Translations under genes and position numbers: made by a program
Assembly (NCBI GenBank): GCA_041550275.1
Contig: JBFEPA010000002.1
Span: 1 to 32,144, forward strand
From: Thermoplasmata archaeon
Lineage (GTDB): Archaea > Thermoplasmatota > Thermoplasmata > UBA10834
Length of the DNA stretch: 32,144 nt
Direction of reading: 5' to 3'
Shown: piece after piece, positions 18,087 to 25,687 of the stretch
Numbering within the stretch: the first letter of the stretch is position 1
Layout: every line of letters begins with the position of its first letter
Notes under the pieces: generated by a model
What the model saw: the letters and a program-made list of their open reading frames with translations, nothing else
What the model was told of the DNA's origin: nothing
Databases searched by the model: none

Positions 18087-19961
18087 ATGGCCGAGAACGC
18101 AAACAGTGAGAAGAAGAAGCCGCGGATAGGGGTATTCATATGCCACTGCGGGTCCAACATAGGCGGTTTTGTCGACGTGAAGGCCGTGACTGAGTATGCG
18201 GCAACCCTTCCGGACGTCGCATATGCGACCGACAATCTCTATACATGTGCCGAGGACGGCCTCAACAACATCAAGGAGAGCATCAAGGAGCACGACCTTG
18301 ACAGAGTAGTCGTATCGAGCTGCACACCACGGACGCACGCCCCGCTCTTCCAGCGCACGTGCGAGGCTGCTGGCGTGAACAAGTATATGTTCACATTCGT
18401 CAACATCCGTGAGCACTGCTCATGGGTCCACATGAAGGAGAGGGAGAAGGCGACCCAGAAGGCAAAGGACTTGGTCAGGATGGGCGTTGCGAGAGCCCGA
18501 TTCCTAGAACCTCAGGAGGAGACGAAGATCGATGTGACGCCCGCCGCACTCGTAGTAGGAGGAGGCGTGTCTGGGATGACGGCAGCGCTGTCACTTGCGA
18601 ACATGGGATTCCCTGTGCATCTCGTCGAGAAGGAAAAGGAGCTTGGAGGATTCGTGAAGAACCTGCACGGCCTCATGATGACCAAGAAGAACGCCAACGA
18701 GACGATCAAGCCGCTCATCGACAAGGTGAACGCCCAGAAGAACATCACCCAGTACCTCGATTCGCACGTCGCGACGGTTGAGGGATTCATAGGCAACTAC
18801 GATGTCTCCATTGGCGGAGAGGGGGCCGAGCCCAAGGAAGTCAAGGTGGGCACCATCATCGTGGCCACGGGCGCGGTTCCGCTGGTACCCGAGGGACTGT
18901 TTGGGTACAAGGAGCACCCGAACGTCGTCACATCCACGGAGTTCGAGGAACTCTGCAACAAGAAGGAGGTCCCCAGACTGAAGAGCGTCGCCTTCATACA
19001 ATGCGTTGGGGCGAGGGGACAGAAAGTCTCTTACTGCTCCAGGATCTGCTGCAATATCGCAGTCAAGACCGCGATAAACATCGCCGAGAACCGCGACAAC
19101 TTGCTGGGCGTGACAGAGGAGAAGGCGGATGCGGGTCAGGCCGTCGAAGAGCCAACCGCGGACATGAAGGCGGATGAAGAGGGAACGGAGCGAAGGCGGA
19201 GGAGAAGGGGCAGAGGACGGCGCGAGGACGACCAGGCCTCTGACGAAAGCGCTGCACCATCCAGTGGAGTCGAGATTACGGTGTTCAACAGGGACGTTAT
19301 GGCGTACGGTGTCGAACACGAGCTCGAGTTCAACAAGGCCAGGGAGAAGAGAGTCAAGTTCATCAGATACCTGCCAGACAACCTCCCGAAGGTATCTGCA
19401 AAGGACGGGAAGCTCGAGGTCGGATACTTCCACGAGACGCTGAAGATGGAGAGGACCATGCCGGTTGACATGGTCATACTCTCGACTCCGCTCGTATCGC
19501 AGCCGGACGCTGCCACACTATCGCAGCTACTCAAAGTACCGCTAGGACAAGATGGCTTCTTCCAGGAGGCGCACGTCAAACTGAGACCGGTCGATTTCGC
19601 GACCGATGGTGTCTACGTGTGCGGAACCTGCAGAGGGCCGGCCGACATAGCAGAGGCAGTCTCCCAGGCGGCCGCAGCTGCCTCGAGGGCAGCGATACCT
19701 CTCGCGAACGGCTTCGTCCAGGCCGAGGCCCTCACGTCGAGGGTCGATGAGACGAAATGCACAGGCTGCGGGACTTGCGTCGAGGTGTGCCCGTACGGCG
19801 CTCTCAGGAAGAACGATGAGGGCATCAGCGAGGTGATCGTAGCAGCGTGCAAGGGTTGTGGTGCCTGCGGTGCCACGTGCCCGGAGAGTGCAATCACTAT
19901 GACGCATTACACGGACCAGCAACTGCTTGCTGAGGCCAAGGCGGCCTTGGAGGAGGTGTGA
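18087..19961 (+). CDS. Second-half-type HdrA (CHCG N-domain + Rossmann + C-terminal ferredoxin) with a charged disordered insert (unit 3, second half)
   Basis: RIGVFICHCGSNIGG...SCTPRTH...REHCSWVH, VVGGGVSGMTAALSLANMGFPVHLVEK, QCVGARG...CSRICC, CTGCGTCVEVCP / CKGCGACGATCP. Collinear with the C-halves of the two tandem proteins. ATG lies 6 nt after the hdrL-type stop, behind GGAGGGGGG. Confidence 0.85.
   Translation: MAENANSEKKKPRIGVFICHCGSNIGGFVDVKAVTEYAATLPDVAYATDNLYTCAEDGLNNIKESIKEHDLDRVVVSSCTPRTHAPLFQRTCEAAGVNKYMFTFVNIREHCSWVHMKEREKATQKAKDLVRMGVARARFLEPQEETKIDVTPAALVVGGGVSGMTAALSLANMGFPVHLVEKEKELGGFVKNLHGLMMTKKNANETIKPLIDKVNAQKNITQYLDSHVATVEGFIGNYDVSIGGEGAEPKEVKVGTIIVATGAVPLVPEGLFGYKEHPNVVTSTEFEELCNKKEVPRLKSVAFIQCVGARGQKVSYCSRICCNIAVKTAINIAENRDNLLGVTEEKADAGQAVEEPTADMKADEEGTERRRRRRGRGRREDDQASDESAAPSSGVEITVFNRDVMAYGVEHELEFNKAREKRVKFIRYLPDNLPKVSAKDGKLEVGYFHETLKMERTMPVDMVILSTPLVSQPDAATLSQLLKVPLGQDGFFQEAHVKLRPVDFATDGVYVCGTCRGPADIAEAVSQAAAAASRAAIPLANGFVQAEALTSRVDETKCTGCGTCVEVCPYGALRKNDEGISEVIVAACKGCGACGATCPESAITMTHYTDQQLLAEAKAALEEV
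19089..19268 (+). other. Domain-level: ~60-aa low-complexity acidic/Arg-rich insertion (…EEKADAGQAVEEPTADMKADEEGTERRRRRRGRGRREDDQASDESAAPSSG)
   Basis: It is in frame. Both flanks align to the paralogues, where only a short GYPDTD / KNPDAE loop occupies this position. Confidence 0.7.
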
Positions 19962-19965
19962 GGAC

Positions 19966-20790
19966 ATGACGCAGAAGCATCACACCGCTCACCACGGCAA
20001 GAAGCACGAGACTGACAATGAGTGGGAGCCGAAGATCGTCGGTTTCCTCTGCAACTGGTGCTCGTACGCCGGCGCTGACCTGTGTGGCGTCAGCAGGTTC
20101 CAGTATCCGACGAACATACGCCTCGTCAGAGTGATGTGCTCTACGCGAGTCAGCCCACACCTCGTGCTCGATGTCTTCGAGGCAGGCGCGGACGGCATAC
20201 TCGTTGGAGGATGTCACATCAACGACTGTCACTACATGACCGGCAACTTCCACACTGAGAAGCGCGTGAACCTCATGAAGAGGCTGCTCAAAGAGGCTGG
20301 GATAGACGAGAGCCGATTGAGACTCGAGTGGGTCTCCGCATCCGAAGGGGAGAAGTTCTCCAAGGTGGTCACGGAATTCACAGAGGAGATCCAGAAGCTG
20401 GGACCGAGTCAAGTGCTCTCGGACGACATGGTGAAGACGAAGATCTCGGCCGCTGACGACGCCTCCGAGACATTCAGATTGAAAGCCCTGGTGGGTAAGG
20501 AGTTCAACCTCCTTACTAAGGGGAACGCATACGGTGAGAAGCTGGACCCTGACAAACTCGCGGGCATCATCGATGCCGCTGCTGAGGACGAGTTCGAAAG
20601 GGCGCTCATACTGGAGCTTGCGAGGATAAGGCCCATGTCGGTCAAGCAGTTGGGAATGGTTATGGACGTCCCGACAGACAAGATACTCAGGCACATCGTT
20701 CTGCTCAGGCAGAACAGCAAGATTGCGATGGAACATCCAGAGGGATTCACTCCGGTATACAAGACCATCGCTATTGGAGGTGAGCAGTGA
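19966..20790 (+). CDS. MvhD-type subunit, copy 3, with His-rich N-tail and C-terminal winged-helix-like extension
   Basis: N-tail MTQKHHTAHHGKKH. MvhD core ([33 protein letters not shown]). A ~127-aa Cys-free extension is homologous to ORF 24286-24669. ATG lies 4 nt after the upstream stop, with a GGAGGAGGTG SD. Confidence 0.85.
   Translation: MTQKHHTAHHGKKHETDNEWEPKIVGFLCNWCSYAGADLCGVSRFQYPTNIRLVRVMCSTRVSPHLVLDVFEAGADGILVGGCHINDCHYMTGNFHTEKRVNLMKRLLKEAGIDESRLRLEWVSASEGEKFSKVVTEFTEEIQKLGPSQVLSDDMVKTKISAADDASETFRLKALVGKEFNLLTKGNAYGEKLDPDKLAGIIDAAAEDEFERALILELARIRPMSVKQLGMVMDVPTDKILRHIVLLRQNSKIAMEHPEGFTPVYKTIAIGGEQ
20407..20787 (+). other. Domain-level: winged-helix-like C-terminal extension of MvhD copy 3
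   Basis: ERALILELARIRPMSVKQLGMVMDVPTDKILRHIVLLRQNSKIAMEHPEGFTPVYKTI has a helix / helix-turn-helix / beta-wing pattern. It aligns by eye with ELERNLLLLQMEQQSKTVHELHDATGIPKPEIVHHIIALKRWRMVEQVGTTGQSPQYKAV of the free ORF. Confidence 0.55.
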
Positions 20791-23700
20791 TGGCAGCAAG
20801 TGACAAGGTCGGTGCAGTCATGGTGGTTGGAGGCGGCATATCGGGCCTGCAGTCCTCCCTTGATCTGGCCGATTCTGGATTCAAGGTATATCTCGTTGAG
20901 AAGCAACCCAGCATAGGCGGCACGATGGCCCAGCTGGACAAGACATTCCCCACGAACGACTGTGCCATGTGCATTATGGCGCCCAAACTCGTGTCGACGG
21001 GGAGACACCACAACATCGAGTTGGTGACGAATGCTGACATCCTGGCGGTGGAAGGCAAGGCGGGCGATTTCACGGTCACCGTCAAGCAGAGGGCGTTGAG
21101 GGTTGACCCCACCAAGTGCACTGGCTGTGGCTCGTGCGCTCAGACCTGCCCGATCGAGACCTCCGATGAGTACAACGAGAGCACGAAGATACGCAAGGCG
21201 ATCTATGTTCGGTACCCACAGGCGGTCCCGCTGGTATACTCCATCGACAAGGACAAGTGCATAGGCTGCGGCATATGCGCAGAGGAGTGCAAGGCCAAAG
21301 CAGTCGTCTATGATCAGGAGGAGAGCACCTCGGAGATCAAAGTGGGCTCGATCATCCTCTCGCCCGGCTTCGACGAGTTCAACGCGCGTCTGAAGGGGGA
21401 ATACGGATACGGCGTCTACAAGAACGTCGTCAACAGCATAGAGTTCGAGAGGATGCTCAGCGCCACGGGACCGTACTTCGGCACAGTCATGCGTCCCTCG
21501 GACGGCGACATCCCGGAGAAGATAGCTTTCATACAATGTGTCGGCTCCAGAGACGAGCAGGTGGGAAACGAGTACTGCTCAGGCGTCTGCTGCATGTACT
21601 CGATCAAGGAGGCCATAATAGCCAAGGAGCATGGAGGGAATATCAAACCCAAGATATTCTTCATGGACATGAGGGCGTTTGGCAAGGAATTCGATGAGTA
21701 CTACAACAGAGCGCAGAACGAGTACGGCATCGAGTTCGTGCGCTCGAGAGTCGCATCCGTATTCGAAGACCCCGAAACGAAGAATCTGATCGTGAAATAC
21801 GTCGAGAAGGGGGAGCCGAAGGAAGAGGAGTTCGGCCTCGTGATCCTTGCCGTAGGCCTCAGGCCACCGGCGGATGCCGAGGCTCTCAGCAAGGTCATTG
21901 GATTCGAGCTGAACTCAGACGGGTTCTGCAAGACGACGACGCTAGAACCGGTCAGTTCCTCGAAGGCAGGCGTCTTCGTCAGCGGCGCATTCTCATCGCC
22001 CAAGGACATCCCGATGACCGTTGCCGAGGCGAGCGGAGCCGCTGCGAAGGCGGCCACGGAGATAGCGTCTGCGAGGGACAGCCTCGTCACCAAGAAGGAA
22101 TACCCAGCGGAGCTGGACATAACAGATCAGGAACCGAGGATAGGCGTGTTCGTATGTCATTGCGGCATAAACATCGGAGGCGTCGTCAAGGTGCCCTCCG
22201 TAACGGAGTATGCCCGGACCCTGCCGAACGTCGCGTACGCTGAAGAGAACCTGTACACGTGCTCCCAGGACACTCAGGAGAAGATCAAGGAGATGATCAA
22301 GGAGCACGACCTCAACCGGGTCGTGGTAGCGAGCTGCACTCCACGGACGCATGAGCCGCTGTTCCAGAACACGATAAAGGAGGCGGGTCTGAACTCGTAC
22401 CTGTTCGAGATGGCGAACATACGCGACCAGTGCTCGTGGATTCACATGCACGAGGCCGAGTCGGCTACGAAGAAGGCGAAGGACCTCGTTCGGATGGCCG
22501 TTGCGAAGGCCCGGTTGCTCGAGCCGCTGGAGAACCTGACCATCGACGTCAACCAGCAGGCGCTGGTGATAGGTGGAGGCGCCACGGGGATGGCTGCCGC
22601 CCTTGAGCTGGCGAAGCAGGGAGTAAAGGTCCACCTGGTCGAGAAGGAGAAGGAGCTCGGAGGCAACATGCGCAAGCTACACTATCTGCCGTCCGGAGAG
22701 GACCCGACGGAGCACGCTGAGGCGATGGCCAGGGAGGTCACCTCCAACGGCAACATCACCGTGCACACGGGAACCGGCATCAAGATGATCGAAGGATACG
22801 TGGGCAACTTCAAGACAGCGCTGGAGAGCGGAGAGGAGATAGAGCATGGCGCTGTGATACTGGCGGTGGGAGGACAGGAGTACAAGCCGAAGGGAGAGTA
22901 CCTTTATGGCGAGAACCCCAACGTCCTCACTCTCCTCGAGTTCAAGGAGAAGCTGAAGAAAGGTGAGGCAAAGGGTGATTCGTATGTGTTCATCCAGTGC
23001 GTCGGCTCGCGTGAGGAAGGCCACCCGAACTGTTCGCGCGTATGCTGCACGGGCACGATGACCGCGGCGATAAAGATTAAGGAGAAGAACCCCGACGCCG
23101 AGGTGTACGTCCTCTACAGGGACATACGGACATACGGCTTCAGAGAGGCCTACTACAAGGACGCCGCCGAGAAGGGCGTCACGTTCATCAGGTTCGAGGA
23201 CGACGTCAAACCGAAGGTCGAGGACAAGGGAGGCAAGCTGCAGGTGACCGTCACGGACGAGGACACTGACAAGGAGGTTGTGCTGACATCTGACTACCTG
23301 GTACTCGCATCGGGAACACGACCATACCCAGAGTCGGAGGCGCTCGCGCCGATGCTCAAGGTCCCGATGACCAAGGAGGGCTTCTTCCTGGAGGCGCATA
23401 TGAAGCTGAGGCCAGTAGATTTCGCAACTGAGGGAGTGTATCTAGCAGGCCTGTCGCACGGCCCCAAGTTCCTCGATGAGAGCATCGGACAGGGGTTGGC
23501 TGCAGTCGCGCGCGCGATGACGATCCTGTCGAAGAAGACGCTCGAAGCGGAAGGCATCGTGGCAAGTGTGGACGAGACGCTTTGCGACGGATGCGGCATA
23601 TGCGTCCCGACGTGCGAGTACAAGGCGCTCGAAATCATCGCCGACAAGAAGGATGAGACGAAGAAGACTCTGGACCTCAACATCGGCCTGTGTAAGGGCT

Positions 23701-23828
23701 GCGGCGCGTGCGTTGGCTCATGCCCATCGGGCGCGCTCACGCAGAAAGGATTCAGGGATGAGCAGATCGTCGCCATGATCGATGCAGCGCTTGAGGATGA
23801 TGCGGAGAAGCAGGAGGTGAGGCAATGA
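20790..23828 (+). CDS. Tandem (double-module) HdrA-like flavo-iron-sulfur protein, copy 2 (unit 4)
   Basis: Same layout as 10589-13624. N-half VVGGGISGLQSSLDL...[19 protein letters not shown] plus inserted ferredoxin. C-half [49 protein letters not shown]...CSRVCC, C-terminal CDGCGICVPTC / CKGCGACVGSCP. ATG overlaps the upstream TGA (TGATG), with a GGAGGTGA SD. Confidence 0.88.
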   Translation: MAASDKVGAVMVVGGGISGLQSSLDLADSGFKVYLVEKQPSIGGTMAQLDKTFPTNDCAMCIMAPKLVSTGRHHNIELVTNADILAVEGKAGDFTVTVKQRALRVDPTKCTGCGSCAQTCPIETSDEYNESTKIRKAIYVRYPQAVPLVYSIDKDKCIGCGICAEECKAKAVVYDQEESTSEIKVGSIILSPGFDEFNARLKGEYGYGVYKNVVNSIEFERMLSATGPYFGTVMRPSDGDIPEKIAFIQCVGSRDEQVGNEYCSGVCCMYSIKEAIIAKEHGGNIKPKIFFMDMRAFGKEFDEYYNRAQNEYGIEFVRSRVASVFEDPETKNLIVKYVEKGEPKEEEFGLVILAVGLRPPADAEALSKVIGFELNSDGFCKTTTLEPVSSSKAGVFVSGAFSSPKDIPMTVAEASGAAAKAATEIASARDSLVTKKEYPAELDITDQEPRIGVFVCHCGINIGGVVKVPSVTEYARTLPNVAYAEENLYTCSQDTQEKIKEMIKEHDLNRVVVASCTPRTHEPLFQNTIKEAGLNSYLFEMANIRDQCSWIHMHEAESATKKAKDLVRMAVAKARLLEPLENLTIDVNQQALVIGGGATGMAAALELAKQGVKVHLVEKEKELGGNMRKLHYLPSGEDPTEHAEAMAREVTSNGNITVHTGTGIKMIEGYVGNFKTALESGEEIEHGAVILAVGGQEYKPKGEYLYGENPNVLTLLEFKEKLKKGEAKGDSYVFIQCVGSREEGHPNCSRVCCTGTMTAAIKIKEKNPDAEVYVLYRDIRTYGFREAYYKDAAEKGVTFIRFEDDVKPKVEDKGGKLQVTVTDEDTDKEVVLTSDYLVLASGTRPYPESEALAPMLKVPMTKEGFFLEAHMKLRPVDFATEGVYLAGLSHGPKFLDESIGQGLAAVARAMTILSKKTLEAEGIVASVDETLCDGCGICVPTCEYKALEIIADKKDETKKTLDLNIGLCKGCGACVGSCPSGALTQKGFRDEQIVAMIDAALEDDAEKQEVRQ

Positions 23829-24283
23829 GCAGCGCAACGCCCAACGCCGGTGGTCAGCCCAAGGCGGAGGAAGAGGATTTCGAGCCGAAGATAATCGTGT
23901 TCTGCTGCAACTGGTGTTCATACGCTGGCGCTGACCTCGCAGGGGTCAGCAGGCTGCAGATGCCCCCGTACTTCAGGGTGATAAGGGTCATGTGCTCTGC
24001 TAGAGTCGACCCTGAGTTCGTCCTGAGGGCGATTCAGAAGGGGGCAGATGGAGTCCTCGTCGCAGGATGTCATCCAGCGGACTGCCACTACATCGGAGGT
24101 AACTACAGGACGCGGAGGAGAGTTGCGCTCCTTCAGATGCTGCTCCAGCAGTTCGGCTATGACCCTGGCAGGCTTAAACTGGAATGGATATCCGCTGGTG
24201 AGGGAGAGAAATTCCAGAAGACCATTGTCGAGTTCACGAACACGATCAACGAGCTAGGGCCGTCTCCGATGGGTGGTGACTGA
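23825..24283 (+). CDS. mvhD: MvhD-type [2Fe-2S] subunit, copy 4 (adjacent to the hydrogenase genes)
   Basis: [38 protein letters not shown] overlap with the upstream gene. Confidence 0.9.
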   Translation: MSSATPNAGGQPKAEEEDFEPKIIVFCCNWCSYAGADLAGVSRLQMPPYFRVIRVMCSARVDPEFVLRAIQKGADGVLVAGCHPADCHYIGGNYRTRRRVALLQMLLQQFGYDPGRLKLEWISAGEGEKFQKTIVEFTNTINELGPSPMGGD

Positions 24284-24285
24284 AC

Positions 24286-24669
24286 ATGACACCGAGGGAC
24301 GGTAGGATCAGGGCGGCGCTGAGGACGCTCGAGGGTGAGCGCATAAGGTGGCTCCTTGGTAAGAAAGAGATGCTTACGACGGGTGAGAACGTGTTCGGCG
24401 AGACAATCACTGACGCGAGATACAGCTTCATACTCCAGAAGGCGGCCGCTGTGGAACTGGAGCGGAACTTGCTGCTTCTTCAGATGGAGCAGCAGTCCAA
24501 GACCGTGCATGAACTGCACGACGCCACAGGCATACCGAAGCCAGAGATCGTCCATCACATCATCGCCCTCAAGAGATGGAGGATGGTCGAGCAGGTCGGC
24601 ACGACGGGGCAGTCGCCGCAGTACAAGGCTGTTCCCAAAAGCATATCCTCGGATGAGGAGGTGAGCTGA
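24286..24669 (+). CDS. Small Cys-free winged-helix-like protein of unknown function (free homologue of the MvhD copy 3 extension)
   Basis: 127-aa ORF tightly coupled on both sides (2 nt after the mvhD stop, 1 nt before the mvhG ATG), with a GGTGGTGA SD. wHTH-like pattern in the C-terminal half. No match to a named family that I can recognise. Confidence 0.7.
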   Translation: MTPRDGRIRAALRTLEGERIRWLLGKKEMLTTGENVFGETITDARYSFILQKAAAVELERNLLLLQMEQQSKTVHELHDATGIPKPEIVHHIIALKRWRMVEQVGTTGQSPQYKAVPKSISSDEEVS

Positions 24670-24670
24670 G

Positions 24671-25687
24671 ATGGCAGACAAGATTAAGATTGCGCAGTAC
24701 TGGGGCGCTGGATGCGGAGGATGCGACGTCGCCCTGCTGGACATAGACGCGAAGATACTGGATGTACACGCCATTGCCGAGGTGGTCTTCTGGCCAATCG
24801 GGTTCGACGGCAAGCTCTCCGAGATAGAGGCGATGCCTGACAAGTCGATCACGGTGTCGTTCTACAACGGCGCGATAAGGAACAGCGAGAACGAGCATGT
24901 CGCGAAGGTGCTTCGAGAGAAGTCTGCGGTCATGATAGCATTCGGATCTTGCGCATGTTTCGGCGGAACGCCAGGCTTGGCGAACGTGACGAACAGGGAG
25001 GAGATCTTCCAGACTGTGTACAAGGACACCGTTTCCACTGACAACCCTGACTTCGTGACGCCACAAACGCATTGCACGGTTCCAGAGGGCGAGGTTGACC
25101 TCCCTGTGTTCTATGAAAGCGTCAAGACGCTCGACGAGGTCGTGGATGTTGACTACTTCATGCCTGGATGCCCACCAACGGTGAACCTCATCGCTTTGGC
25201 GGTCGACGCGGTGGCAAAGCATGTTACGGAAGGCGCGGACCTGCCTCCGAAGGGCACCATCATCGCCTCGGACAAGACGCTTTGCGACGAATGTGACCGC
25301 GAACGCGTCGAGAAGGATAGGCGAATCGAGAGGATCTACCAGTCGTACGAGATCAAGGCGGATCCGAAGAAGTGCCTTCTCGACCAGGGAATCATCTGCA
25401 TAGGCCCCGCGACGAGAGCTGGCTGCGGATCCATGTGTCCGAAAGCCAACATGCCCTGCAGGGGATGCATGGGCCCGACGAAGGCCGTCATGGACCACGG
25501 TGGAAGCATGCTGAGCGCACTGTCGTCGCTCCTGAATATCACAGATTCGGAGTCAAAGTTAAGTGAGGAGCAGATAATGGAACTAATGATGCAGGTGAAG
25601 GATCCGCTCGGAACCTTCTATGCCTTCACGCTCCCGAAGTCGCTGCTCAAGAGGACTGTGACCGAGAAGCGCAAGAAGAAGGGGTGA
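24671..25687 (+). CDS. mvhG: MvhG, small subunit of F420-non-reducing (Mvh-type) [NiFe] hydrogenase
   Basis: N-terminal WGAGCGGCDVALLD proximal-cluster motif, GSCACFGG, MPGCPP, and C-terminal CIGPATRAGCGSMCP...PCRGCMGP cluster motifs. Confidence 0.92.
   Translation: MADKIKIAQYWGAGCGGCDVALLDIDAKILDVHAIAEVVFWPIGFDGKLSEIEAMPDKSITVSFYNGAIRNSENEHVAKVLREKSAVMIAFGSCACFGGTPGLANVTNREEIFQTVYKDTVSTDNPDFVTPQTHCTVPEGEVDLPVFYESVKTLDEVVDVDYFMPGCPPTVNLIALAVDAVAKHVTEGADLPPKGTIIASDKTLCDECDRERVEKDRRIERIYQSYEIKADPKKCLLDQGIICIGPATRAGCGSMCPKANMPCRGCMGPTKAVMDHGGSMLSALSSLLNITDSESKLSEEQIMELMMQVKDPLGTFYAFTLPKSLLKRTVTEKRKKKG

Noticed and set aside
19089-19268. Poly-Arg/acidic stretch as a sign of a frameshifted pseudogene or a fused foreign fragment.
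   Set aside because: The reading frame is continuous. Both flanks align in frame with the paralogues, and the downstream C-terminal ferredoxin motifs are intact.
24286-24669. The idea that the small ORF (and the MvhD copy 3 extension) is a DsrC/TusE-like thiol carrier serving the CCG modules.
   Set aside because: DsrC-type function needs conserved C-terminal cysteines. Neither sequence contains a single Cys.
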